In this document: positions 8,139 through 16,693 of the stretch, one piece after another | How the letters are laid out: each line of letters begins with the position of its first letter | Position numbering within the stretch: the first letter of the stretch is position 1 | Assembly: GCA_001818355.1 (NCBI GenBank) | Contig: MHKJ01000034.1 | Coordinates: 12,723-50,920 of the forward strand | DNA from: Candidatus Kerfeldbacteria bacterium RIFOXYC2_FULL_38_9 | GTDB taxonomy: Bacteria > Patescibacteriota > Patescibacteriia > UBA9570 > XYC2-FULL-38-9 | Direction of reading: 5' to 3' | Length of the DNA stretch: 38,198 nt | Translations under genes and position numbers: made by a program | Notes under the pieces: model-generated | What the model was told of the DNA's origin: nothing | Databases searched by the model: none | Seen by the model: only the letters and a program-made list of their open reading frames with translations

Positions 8139-8167
8139 TTGCGACAAAAAAACAAGGTTGTTATAAT
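8139..8167 (+). promoter_or_regulatory. Sigma-70-type promoter for the ferredoxin / acyltransferase / OFOR block
   Basis: TTGCGA (8139..8144), 17-nt spacer, perfect TATAAT (8162..8167), 30 nt before ATG 8198. The -35 lies in the loop of an A/T-rich 10-bp hairpin (8128..8156) downstream of tRNA-Lys. Confidence 0.55.
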
Positions 8168-8197
8168 GATCGCGCTTTTAAAAAATAAAATAAAAAT

Positions 8198-8479
8198 ATG
8201 CCAAAAGTAAATTTTAAAGATGACGACTTAATAGTAGAGGCCGAAATCGGCGCCAACCTAAAAGAGGTGGCTCAAGCAGAGGGTGCGAGTATTCCCTTTG
8301 GATGCGAACAGGGCGTGTGCGGAACTTGTTTGGTAAAAATTGTAGAAGGAGAAGAAAACGTCTCTGATGTTTCTGACCAAGAAAAAGAAACCTTGGAATC
8401 CATGGGGGCGGAGCCAGGAGAACGTTTGGCGTGTCAGTGTCAAATTGAAGGAGACATAACCGTAACCAGCGCTCACTAA
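8198..8479 (+). CDS. 2Fe-2S ferredoxin
   Basis: Cys pattern GCEQGVCGTCLV (C-x4-C-x2-C) plus a distal LACQC. 93 aa. Lies upstream of the ferredoxin-dependent oxidoreductase genes. Confidence 0.85.
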   Translation: MPKVNFKDDDLIVEAEIGANLKEVAQAEGASIPFGCEQGVCGTCLVKIVEGEENVSDVSDQEKETLESMGAEPGERLACQCQIEGDITVTSAH

Positions 8480-8484
8480 AATAA

Positions 8485-9546
8485 ATGGTGTTGGCACCAA
8501 AAAAAATATTTTTTGTAGACCTAGCCAAAACCTTGGGTATTATTTTAATTGTCTTTACTCACCTTAACCAAAATTTTCATTTTTTTAACGCCCTCTATTT
8601 AACTTATCAAAAAAAAGAACTCTTTTTTGTTTTGGAAAGAATGGCTTATGTTGCGGGTCATGTGGGCGTCAGCTTGTTTATCGTGGCCAGCGGTTTTGGT
8701 TTAACCTATTCTCTGCTAAACAAAACCAATCCGAACTGGAAAAAATGGCTGATCAAAAAAATCATCCGCATCTACCCTTTGTTTTGGTTAAGTTTTTCTG
8801 CTTTCTTTTCTTTAAGCATCGTCAATTCTTGGTGGCGTCATGGTTATTTGGTTTTTCCTATTGGTAAAAAAGAGTTAATCACCACCCTGTTGGGCGTGCA
8901 GGCTTATTTTGGTTATTGGGGCGGCCACCTTAATCCGGTTTATTGGTTTTTGTCTTTAATTTTGGCTTTATATTTAATCTTTCCTTTTTTATACCTGCTT
9001 TTAAAAAAAAGGCCGCGGTTAAGTTTGGTTTTGTTGTTTTTTTTAAGTTTGGCCACAGGCTTGCCTTTGCTTAATCATTCCATGGAAGTTTTTCGTTTTA
9101 TTTTTATTCCTCATTTATTTGAATTTTATAGTGGTATGTTTTTGGTTTTTTGGTATCAAAAAAGACTGTCAACAAAAAAACAATCTTGGCATGGTTTGTT
9201 TTCCTTGGGCTTATTTATTGCTATTTTTATCATTTATTATTTATTGAAACAAAATTATCTGACTGTTCTTTTGGTAATCACCGCCGGCCCCTTATTATTT
9301 TTTACCTTTTATTCTTGGGAAAATCCCAACCGAAATCATTACTGGCAGTATTTAGTGGAAAAATTAGCCAAATATTCTTTTGCTGTTTTTCTTTTTCATT
9401 TGCCTTTAATCAACTTGCATCAACTGCTTAAGCCCTCGCCAATTTTTCTCTTGTTTTATTTCCCGCTGGTGGGCATCGTTTCTTTTATGGGCAACTTCAT
9501 TATAGAAAAAATCACCCCCCGGATTCAAAAATTACTTTTGCCTTAA
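8485..9546 (+). CDS. Membrane acyltransferase, Acyltransferase_3 family
   Basis: 353-aa polytopic protein. N-terminal FVDLAKTLGIILIVFTHL and about 10 predicted hydrophobic helices are typical of O-acyltransferase family 3. Confidence 0.7.
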   Translation: MVLAPKKIFFVDLAKTLGIILIVFTHLNQNFHFFNALYLTYQKKELFFVLERMAYVAGHVGVSLFIVASGFGLTYSLLNKTNPNWKKWLIKKIIRIYPLFWLSFSAFFSLSIVNSWWRHGYLVFPIGKKELITTLLGVQAYFGYWGGHLNPVYWFLSLILALYLIFPFLYLLLKKRPRLSLVLLFFLSLATGLPLLNHSMEVFRFIFIPHLFEFYSGMFLVFWYQKRLSTKKQSWHGLFSLGLFIAIFIIYYLLKQNYLTVLLVITAGPLLFFTFYSWENPNRNHYWQYLVEKLAKYSFAVFLFHLPLINLHQLLKPSPIFLLFYFPLVGIVSFMGNFIIEKITPRIQKLLLP

Positions 9547-9572
9547 TCTGCCCTTTTTGCTAAAATTCAACC

Positions 9573-11324
9573 ATGATTAAAAATAATTTACAATGGAAAA
9601 TAGGCGGGGAAGCGGGTTTTGGCATTATGACCCTTGGTGTTCTCTTTTCGCGCATTTGTACGCACGGCGGCTTAAAAACCTTTGCCTATCCTGAATACCC
9701 CTCTTTAATTCGTGGCGGACACAATACTTATCAAGTTTTTATCAGCGACCAGCAAGCCACCTCTCAAATTCACGATGTACATCTCTTGGTGGCTTTAAAC
9801 CAAGAAACTCTAAAATTACACTTGGCAGAGTTAGCGGACGGTGCGGCTGTCATTTATGATCCAGCGGATTTTGGTTCAGAAAGTCCAAAAACAGAGGGCA
9901 AGAATGTTGTTTTGGTACCCATAGAAATGAATAAGTTAATTAAAGAAAAAAACGGAAAACCCATAGAACGAAACACTGTTGCTTTGGGCGCATCTTTTGG
10001 TTTGTTGAAATATCCTTGGCAGTACGTAGAACAAGCTATCAGGCATTGGTTTAAAGACAAAAAACCCAGTCTGGCGGAATCAAACGTGGCTTTTGCCAAA
10101 AATGGCTATGAACTGGCTCAAAAACAAGCAGAAAAATTTGGTTATGTCTTAACAACCATAGATAATGCTGAAAAACAAATGGTTGTTTCCGGCAATGAAG
10201 CTATTGCCTTGGGCGCTATTCAAGCCGGTTTGAAACTTTTTGCCGCTTATCCCATGACGCCTTCTTCCGCCATTTTAAGCTCTTTGGCTAAAAACGAAAA
10301 AAAATATAACCTCGTGGTGAAACACACAGAAGATGAATTGGCGGCCATGAATTTAATTATTGGAGCTGGCTTTGCCGGGGCGCGTGCCATGACCGCTACT
10401 TCTGGCGGCGGTTTTGCTCTGATGACCGAGGCCTTGGGAATGGCCGGCATAGCTGAGGTGCCGGTGGTGGTAATCATGGGTATGCGCGGTGGTCCTTCAA
10501 CCGGACTGCCAACATGGACATCGCAAGGTGATCTGCGTTTTGTGCTTCATGCCTCACATTCAGAATTTCCTCGCCTGGTTTTAGCTCCCGGAGATGCGCA
10601 AGAGTGTTTTTATTTAACCCACCAAGCTTTTAACTTAGCCGAAATCTATCAACTGCCGGTAATTATTTTGGTTGATAAATACGTGCAAGAGTCTTGGCAG
10701 TCTATACCACTTTTTAACACCGCCAAACTACAAATAAACCGTGGTAAACTTTTAACCCAAACCCAGTTAGCAAAGCGGGCAGCAGAAGAAATTTTTCCGC
10801 GCTACCAACACACCGCAGATGGAATTTCTAATCGCGCTCTTCCTGGGTTGGCCGGAGGTATCCACATTGCTTCTTCTTATGAACATACCCCAGAAGGCTA
10901 TACCACTGAAGATGAAACAGAAGTTACTGCACAAAATGATAAACGGTTTAAAAAACTTGATGCTTATTTGGCTAAAGATGTCTGCGGCCCCAAACTTTAC
11001 GGAGCAAAAAAGGCGGATGTGACTTTAATTGGTTGGGGGTCAACAAAGTTGCCTGGCCAGCAAGTTTTGCGCCTGGCAGAAAAACAAAACATTTCAGTAA
11101 ACTATCTTCATTTTACTTATCTTGATCCCTTGCCTATCAATTTGGTACAAACGGCTTTACAGAACTGTCAAAAAACCCTTTGTGTGGAAGGTAACAAACT
11201 AGGACAATTTGAGGGGTTGTTAAAACAAAAGATTGGTTTTACTATGACCGGCCATTATCGAGAATATGGAGCGCGGCCGTTTTATCCTGAAAAAATTCTG
11301 GAGCAAGTAAAAAAAATTCTATGA
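9573..11324 (+). CDS. 2-oxoacid:ferredoxin oxidoreductase, alpha subunit (gamma domain fused)
   Basis: N-terminal GGEAGFGIMT (gamma-type domain), then GNEAIALGAIQAG...AAYPMTPSS and MGMRGGPSTGLPT. 583 aa. Stop overlaps the beta-subunit start (ATGA). Whether the substrate is pyruvate or 2-oxoglutarate cannot be determined. Confidence 0.88.
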   Translation: MIKNNLQWKIGGEAGFGIMTLGVLFSRICTHGGLKTFAYPEYPSLIRGGHNTYQVFISDQQATSQIHDVHLLVALNQETLKLHLAELADGAAVIYDPADFGSESPKTEGKNVVLVPIEMNKLIKEKNGKPIERNTVALGASFGLLKYPWQYVEQAIRHWFKDKKPSLAESNVAFAKNGYELAQKQAEKFGYVLTTIDNAEKQMVVSGNEAIALGAIQAGLKLFAAYPMTPSSAILSSLAKNEKKYNLVVKHTEDELAAMNLIIGAGFAGARAMTATSGGGFALMTEALGMAGIAEVPVVVIMGMRGGPSTGLPTWTSQGDLRFVLHASHSEFPRLVLAPGDAQECFYLTHQAFNLAEIYQLPVIILVDKYVQESWQSIPLFNTAKLQINRGKLLTQTQLAKRAAEEIFPRYQHTADGISNRALPGLAGGIHIASSYEHTPEGYTTEDETEVTAQNDKRFKKLDAYLAKDVCGPKLYGAKKADVTLIGWGSTKLPGQQVLRLAEKQNISVNYLHFTYLDPLPINLVQTALQNCQKTLCVEGNKLGQFEGLLKQKIGFTMTGHYREYGARPFYPEKILEQVKKIL

Positions 11325-12187
11325 ATATCTCTTTAGCAAATTTACAAGCACAAGAAAAAATAACCTGGTGTCCGGGGTGTGGTAATTATGGCATCTTAAT
11401 GGCGGTCAAAAAAGCCTTGGTCGCGCTTAACCGCCCCAGCTATGAAACCTGTTTGGTTACTGGTGTAGGTTGTTCGGGAAAATTTAATCACTTTGTGAAA
11501 ACTTATTCTTTTGAGAGCTTGCATGGCCGCTCTTTACCGGTAGCAAGCGGGATTTGTTTAGCAAACCACGAACTTAATGTGGTGGCTGTCGGTGGTGATG
11601 GCGATGGTTATGGTATTGGTTTAAATCACTTTCTGCATACCATGCGGCGTAATCTCAATTTTACCTATATTGTACACAACAACCAAATTTATGGTTTGAC
11701 TACCGGCCAATACTCTCCCACCACAGCCAAGGGGACGATTAGCGCATCTTCTCCGTTTGGCGCTTTAGAGGAGCCGGTTAATCCGATTAAACTAGCCCTG
11801 GCTTCAAATGCGGCCAGTTTTGTGGCGCGCGGTTTTGCCGGAGATATTAAACAATTAACCAACCTCGTCACCCAGGCCATGCAACATCGTGGATTTTCTT
11901 TTATTGATGTTTTGCAACCATGTGTGACCTTTAACAAAATAAACACCTATGAATTCTTTAAAAAAAGAGTTTATAAATTAGAAGATGATAAATCTTACGA
12001 TAAAACCAATAAAAAACAGGCGGAGGAGCGCTGTTTAGAGTGGGACAAGCGAATTGCAACCGGTGTTTATTTTCAAGCTGATCTGCCAATCTACGAAGAT
12101 GCTCTTCCTGCTTTGGCCACAACGCCTTTGGTGAAACAAGATATAAAGAATATTGATATTTCTGCCAGTTGCGAAGAATTTGTTTAA
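11321..12187 (+). CDS. 2-oxoacid:ferredoxin oxidoreductase, beta (TPP-binding) subunit
   Basis: WCPGCGNYGI and the TPP motif GGDGDGYGIGLNH...NNQIYGLTTGQ. Confidence 0.9.
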   Translation: MNISLANLQAQEKITWCPGCGNYGILMAVKKALVALNRPSYETCLVTGVGCSGKFNHFVKTYSFESLHGRSLPVASGICLANHELNVVAVGGDGDGYGIGLNHFLHTMRRNLNFTYIVHNNQIYGLTTGQYSPTTAKGTISASSPFGALEEPVNPIKLALASNAASFVARGFAGDIKQLTNLVTQAMQHRGFSFIDVLQPCVTFNKINTYEFFKKRVYKLEDDKSYDKTNKKQAEERCLEWDKRIATGVYFQADLPIYEDALPALATTPLVKQDIKNIDISASCEEFV

Positions 12188-12191
12188 AAAA

Positions 12192-13292
12192 CTATTCCTC
12201 TGTTTTTGGATTTTTGTATTCGGTTAAAGAGGCGGGGTTTAACATATAACTTAAAGCGGTTTCTTTGGTGATTTCATTATTGCCATAAAGCCGCCTGATG
12301 TCTTGATCCATGGTTTGCATGCCAACATTAGCGCTGGTTTGAATAATGGTGTTAATCTGAGAAATTTTATTTTCTCTAATTAAGTTGGAAATAGCCGGAG
12401 TGTTTAACATAATCTCTCTGGTTGCTAAACGCCCGCCGTTTTTTCGCGGCAGTAATTGTTGAGAAATAACTCCGCGCAATTCCATGGAGAGTTGAATGCG
12501 AATTTGCGGTTGTTGATGGGGTGGAAAAACATCGACAATACGATCAATGGTATCGGCCGCATTACTGGTATGCAGGGTAGCTAAAACCAGATGGCCTGTT
12601 TCTGCCACAGTAATTGCGGCCGCGATGGTTTCTAAATCACGCATTTCTCCAACCATAATAACATCCGGGTCTTGTCGTAAAACGTGTTTTAGCCCCTCGG
12701 GAAAAGACAAAAAATCAGAGTGGTATTGTCTTTGACGAATTAAGGAGAGTTTGGATTGGTATAAAAACTCAATCGGGTCTTCCAGGGTTACTATATGAGC
12801 GCGGCGTTCGGTGTTAATAAGGTTAATCATGGAAGCCAAAGAAGTAGACTTGCCACTACCGGTTGGTCCGGTAACTAAAATTAAACCCTGGCGACCACGA
12901 ACCAATTTGTACACCACCTCTGGAAATCCCAGTTCTTTCATAGAAGGAATGTTGTTGGCTACTACCCGCGCTACCATGCCAACGCTTTCTTTTTCATAGT
13001 GCAAATTAACCCGAAATCGACAAAAACCCATTAAATCATAAGAAATGTCTAATTCTCGTCTATTTAAAAATTCTTCTTGCTGGGGTTTGTTAAGAATAGA
13101 AAAAATCATCGCCTGGATCTGCTGGGCAGATAGCTTATCATATTGAGATATTTCAACCAACTCGCCGTTGATGCGTAAAATTGGGGAAGAGCCTGCGGCT
13201 AAATGTAAATCAGACGCTCCTTTTTGATAGGCTTGTTGAAATAGGCTGTCAATAATTTTTCTAAATTTTGTGTTTGTTTGAAGGGGTAACAT
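12192..13292 (-). CDS. pilT: Type IV pilus retraction ATPase PilT
   Basis: GASDLHL...GSPILRINGEL, Walker A GPTGSGKST, TLEDPIE, VGEMRD, and ATLHT (His box). 366 aa. Confidence 0.9.
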   Translation of the reverse strand: MLPLQTNTKFRKIIDSLFQQAYQKGASDLHLAAGSSPILRINGELVEISQYDKLSAQQIQAMIFSILNKPQQEEFLNRRELDISYDLMGFCRFRVNLHYEKESVGMVARVVANNIPSMKELGFPEVVYKLVRGRQGLILVTGPTGSGKSTSLASMINLINTERRAHIVTLEDPIEFLYQSKLSLIRQRQYHSDFLSFPEGLKHVLRQDPDVIMVGEMRDLETIAAAITVAETGHLVLATLHTSNAADTIDRIVDVFPPHQQPQIRIQLSMELRGVISQQLLPRKNGGRLATREIMLNTPAISNLIRENKISQINTIIQTSANVGMQTMDQDIRRLYGNNEITKETALSYMLNPASLTEYKNPKTEE

Positions 13293-13419
13293 GTTTATAA
13301 TTTAATTATACCAAAAAATTACCCTCCTGTCCAGAAAACAGACTCTTAAACACACACCTCAATGTAAAACACTTTTTTCCAACAAGCAAATTAACCTCTT
13401 TATTTTCTACCATCTTTAT

Positions 13420-13884
13420 CTAAGCTTTTTGTTTTTTGTAAATAAATTTTGCCTTATGAAATTCTTGTTCGTATTTTGTATCGCTTACTCTTTTTATTCC
13501 TGGTGATTTTTCTGCTGCCCGTAATGATGGTTTGTTTTCAAGATCTATTGTTAAAGTGATAAAGGGAAGTCTTAGTTTGTCCATAAGCCGTTCGTTAAAC
13601 TGTCTTGCAAGGCCTTGACCACGAAATTCTGGGGCAACAATAGTGTGGATTATGTTTTGGTCTTCAGCGGTATCGTAGACCCCAACAATTCCCAGTTTTT
13701 CTCCTTTTACACCTGTTACGGTAAAATATCGCGGATTCCTGCAGTTGTCTTGTCCAATTGCAATCCAGCCCTTTTCGCCCTCAAGTTCTTGAAAATATCC
13801 CATATCAAAATCACTAAATTCTCCAACTTGGGGCTTATCGCCTTGTTCTGTTGTGTAAAATGATACTTTTTTTTCTATGCTCAT
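13420..13884 (-). CDS. GNAT-family N-acetyltransferase (small, divergent)
   Basis: Acetyl-CoA motif A-like VAPEFRGQGLARQF in a 154-aa protein. The rest is not recognisable. Confidence 0.55.
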   Translation of the reverse strand: MSIEKKVSFYTTEQGDKPQVGEFSDFDMGYFQELEGEKGWIAIGQDNCRNPRYFTVTGVKGEKLGIVGVYDTAEDQNIIHTIVAPEFRGQGLARQFNERLMDKLRLPFITLTIDLENKPSLRAAEKSPGIKRVSDTKYEQEFHKAKFIYKKQKA

Positions 13885-13937
13885 ATTTATAATGAAAAAA
13901 TCAGAGCTCTTAGTAGTTTTCTGGATAATATTTAATT

Positions 13938-14213
13938 TTACAACACACTCATCTCTTGTCTTAATTCTTGAGCTTCTTCAGCTGACAATTCTACTGTTGC
14001 GTCTATATCGGGCGTGGTTTCTGGTGGTATTTCGTTTATGTTGCGCGCGCCCAACCGATTAAGGTTATTCCAAAATAACTTTTGTCTATCAGACCAAGTA
14101 CCTGATGTTCCAACCCCAAACCTTGTTTCAAATTCCGTTTTGATGTCACGAACGGTTATTTTTTCTGATGCTTCTAAGTCTGGTCGCACACGCGTCAATT
14201 CTGGTGATCTCAT
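13938..14213 (-). CDS. Hypothetical 91-aa protein
   Basis: ORF only, lying directly upstream of the GNAT gene on the same strand. No family recognised. Confidence 0.4.
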   Translation of the reverse strand: MRSPELTRVRPDLEASEKITVRDIKTEFETRFGVGTSGTWSDRQKLFWNNLNRLGARNINEIPPETTPDIDATVELSAEEAQELRQEMSVL

Positions 14214-14327
14214 AATATATTATTGGTTAATAAATTAGTCAAAACTCGTAAAAAACCACTTTCCATTCAGGTTTTGTTGGGTTTATACTAATCCTTTTTC
14301 ATGTTTTTTACAAGAACAAACCAGTAT

Positions 14328-14356
14328 TTGACAAATAATAGACTTTGTCATATCAT
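14328..14356 (+). promoter_or_regulatory. Sigma-70-type promoter with overlapping inverted repeat, for brnTA
   Basis: TTGACA (14328..14333), 17-nt spacer, TATCAT (14351..14356). Inverted repeat TGACAAA (14329..14335) / TTTGTCA (14344..14350). ATG 14363 lies 6 nt after the -10, implying a leaderless or near-leaderless mRNA. Confidence 0.6.
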
Positions 14357-14362
14357 AAATGT

Positions 14363-14653
14363 ATGAAGTATTTTGATTGGGATATTGATAAAAATAAAAA
14401 ATTAAAACAAGAGCGTGAGGTCTGTTTTGAAGATGTTCTCATAGCTATTGATGAAAACGGATTATTAGATGTGGTTCAACATAAAAATAAAAAAAAATAC
14501 CCTAATCAAAAAATATTTGTAGTAAACATTAACGATTATGCCTATTTAATTCCTTTTGTAGAAGATGACAAAAAAATCTTCTTAAAAACCATTATCCCCA
14601 GCAGACAAGCTACAAAAAAATATATTATTAAAAACAACCCTAAATTATTATGA
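14363..14653 (+). CDS. brnT: BrnT-like (DUF497) type II toxin
   Basis: FDWDIDKNKKLKQEREVCFEDV at the N-terminus and KTIIPSRQATKKY near the C-terminus match the BrnT pattern (F.WD..K...N...HGV.FE.. / RIISAR.AT..E). ATG 14363 is preferred over TTG 14345. Confidence 0.7.
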   Translation: MKYFDWDIDKNKKLKQEREVCFEDVLIAIDENGLLDVVQHKNKKKYPNQKIFVVNINDYAYLIPFVEDDKKIFLKTIIPSRQATKKYIIKNNPKLL

Positions 14654-14907
14654 AATATTACAATTTTACAAAAGAAGAGGAAAAAATATTACACGATTTT
14701 TCAGCTAATGACTTTGTTTCCGTAAAAGAACATAATATTAAAGCTCTTTATCGTGATTACGCTCGGGCTACTGTTGCAAAAACCCGCAATATTAACATCC
14801 GGTTGAGCGAAAGAGATATCCAAAAAATTAAAGCCCGCGCCCTTGATAAAGGAATTCCTTATCAAACCTTGGTGGCCTCTATTTTACACCAATATAACAA
14901 TAGTTAA
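14650..14907 (+). CDS. brnA: BrnA-like / CopG ribbon-helix-helix antitoxin
   Basis: C-terminal NINIRLSERDIQKIKARALDKGIPYQTLVASILHQY matches the BrnA signature (iRLd...l..lK..A...GipYQTLi..iLh.y). Overlaps brnT by 4 nt (ATGA). Confidence 0.75.
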   Translation: MKYYNFTKEEEKILHDFSANDFVSVKEHNIKALYRDYARATVAKTRNINIRLSERDIQKIKARALDKGIPYQTLVASILHQYNNS

Positions 14908-14949
14908 TGAAAATAGAGTTGCCAACCAAAAATTTTATTTATAATAAAA

Positions 14950-15738
14950 CTAAGCTTTTTTTGCTGATGTTAATACTTGGGGGTTGTTTTTGTTCTTTTC
15001 TTTAAGAAAAATCAACTGTTGAATCCAGGTAAAAGCCGTAGAACTTAACCAGTACAAGGTTACGCCGGCCGGGAACTGATAGCCAAACACTACGGTAATA
15101 ATAGGAAAAAAATACAACATTTGTTTATTAAGAGCCGCGGCCATGTTTTCGTCTTTAGCTCCGGGCACCTTAACAGCACCGCGTTTAGTTTGTAACATTT
15201 TAGCTTGTAAAAACTGTACTGCACCTGTAATAACCGCCAAAGCAATGTTTTTGCTGGCGGCTAAATTAACCACTCCTAAAAAAGTATAATTGATGGCGGT
15301 GGTGCTGTAAATAGAACGCAGGCCTTCATAAAGATGGTTGAGTTGTTCGGTAATTAAAAAACCGGTTTTGGGGTCGGTGTTGAGGCCACCAAAAAACACT
15401 TGAAACAGTGCCCATAAAATGGGTAGCTGAATTAACATGGGTAAACAAGACGAAAAAGGATTAACTTTGTTTTCTTTATAAAACTTCATTATTTGCCTAC
15501 CCATTTCTTCTTTGTTGTCTTTGTATTGCTTTTTGATTTCTTCTAATTTGGGCTGAACATCTTGCAAAGATTTTTGTGAACGCAGTCCCTTTAAAGAAGG
15601 GTAAAAAAGCAAAAGCTTAATCAAAAATGTTAAAATAATAATTGCCACTCCCAAATCTTTCCAGGGAAGCACGTTGTAAATAAAAATTAAAGCATTAAAA
15701 AGCGGTTCGTATAAAATTGTGTTGAAAATTTGTCCCAT
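14950..15738 (-). CDS. yidC: Membrane protein insertase YidC (short form)
   Basis: SSCLPMLIQLPILWALFQVF and the GVTLYWLSSTAFTWIQQ motifs. Sits in the rnpA-yidD-yidC order. Confidence 0.9.
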   Translation of the reverse strand: MGQIFNTILYEPLFNALIFIYNVLPWKDLGVAIIILTFLIKLLLFYPSLKGLRSQKSLQDVQPKLEEIKKQYKDNKEEMGRQIMKFYKENKVNPFSSCLPMLIQLPILWALFQVFFGGLNTDPKTGFLITEQLNHLYEGLRSIYSTTAINYTFLGVVNLAASKNIALAVITGAVQFLQAKMLQTKRGAVKVPGAKDENMAAALNKQMLYFFPIITVVFGYQFPAGVTLYWLSSTAFTWIQQLIFLKEKNKNNPQVLTSAKKA

Positions 15739-15755
15739 GTTAATTGTTTTTTAAT

Positions 15756-15992
15756 TTATTTTTTGATTGGTTCGTCTACTCCGCCCGCAGAAAAAGGATT
15801 ACAGCGTAAAATTCGCCACAAACCCTTAATGCCGCCCAAGCCCAGACCGTGTTTTTTTATGGCTCTTAACGTATATTCTGAACAAGAAGGATAAAAACGA
15901 CAGCCTTTATAGGGGGTAGCAAAAAAAACACCATGATCAGGAGAAATGGTTTTTTGATATAGTTGAATAATGGCAATAACCAATTTTTTCAT
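15756..15992 (-). CDS. yidD: Membrane protein insertion efficiency factor YidD
   Basis: [11 protein letters not shown]...[10 protein letters not shown]...RILRCNPF signature. 78 aa. Confidence 0.92.
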   Translation of the reverse strand: MKKLVIAIIQLYQKTISPDHGVFFATPYKGCRFYPSCSEYTLRAIKKHGLGLGGIKGLWRILRCNPFSAGGVDEPIKK

Positions 15993-15993
15993 T

Positions 15994-16338
15994 TTAATTT
16001 TTTAAAAAATGTATTTTTATCAGCGCTTGGGTAATTTCTTTTTTAATCTCAGCAAAAGAGGTAAGGGCAATATCTGGTTTAACGCAGATTACCACATCAT
16101 AACCAACCTGGGTCTGTTTGGCAACGGAAAGTAAAGCGTTGCGAATTTGTCTTTTTTTCTTATTGCGCTGTACGGCCTTTTTTATCACTTTATTAGACAA
16201 CACCACTCCAAAACGAGTGTTTTTTAGGTCATTTTTAGCGGTTTTGATAAAAAAAAGCTTGGTGCTGAGAGTTTTTCCGTTTTTGTAAACTCGGGAAAAA
16301 TCCGTGTTTTTTCTTAAACGCTGTCGCACTTTCAACAT
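15994..16338 (-). CDS. rnpA: Ribonuclease P protein component
   Basis: [15 protein letters not shown] near the N-terminus. Basic 114-aa protein located between rpmH and yidD. Confidence 0.88.
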   Translation of the reverse strand: MLKVRQRLRKNTDFSRVYKNGKTLSTKLFFIKTAKNDLKNTRFGVVLSNKVIKKAVQRNKKKRQIRNALLSVAKQTQVGYDVVICVKPDIALTSFAEIKKEITQALIKIHFLKN

Positions 16339-16354
16339 GTTTGATATTAAAAAA

Positions 16355-16501
16355 CTAAGCGGTTAATTTTTTTCGGCCTTTAGCTCTTCTTCTTTTAACC
16401 ACGTTATTTTTTGCTGATTTTCCGCCTTTTTCTTTACGCGCAAAAAAACCGTGTTTCTTGCTTTTTTTTCTTTTGTTTGGCTGATAGGTTCTTTTTGGCA
16501 T
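16355..16501 (-). CDS. rpmH: 50S ribosomal protein L34
   Basis: Not in the ORF track because it is under 60 aa. My reverse-strand translation is MPKRTYQPNKRKKSKKHGFFARKEKGGKSAKNNVVKRRRAKGRKKLTA*, the classic L34 pattern, immediately upstream of rnpA. Confidence 0.9.
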   Translation of the reverse strand: MPKRTYQPNKRKKSKKHGFFARKEKGGKSAKNNVVKRRRAKGRKKLTA

Positions 16502-16693
16502 CTTGTTAAATTACTTAATAGTAAATAACACTATACCATGGTTTTTGTTTTTCTCCAAGCCCAAAACCAAATCAACAAGCTATACACATCTTATAAACAA
16601 CATATTAACTTTCTTGTAATTTTTATTGTGTTCGAAAAATAACCAGACTGTGTTAGTATAAATAATACGGTTTTATTTTTTACAAAAATCAAT

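Noticed and set aside
7821-8188. ORFs 7821..8048 (-) and 7883..8188 (+).
   Set aside because: They run straight through the two tRNA genes (7952..8029 and 8034..8105). For example, the peptide VAQLDRASGFGPEGLGVQVPSGAP is simply the tRNA-Arg sequence translated.
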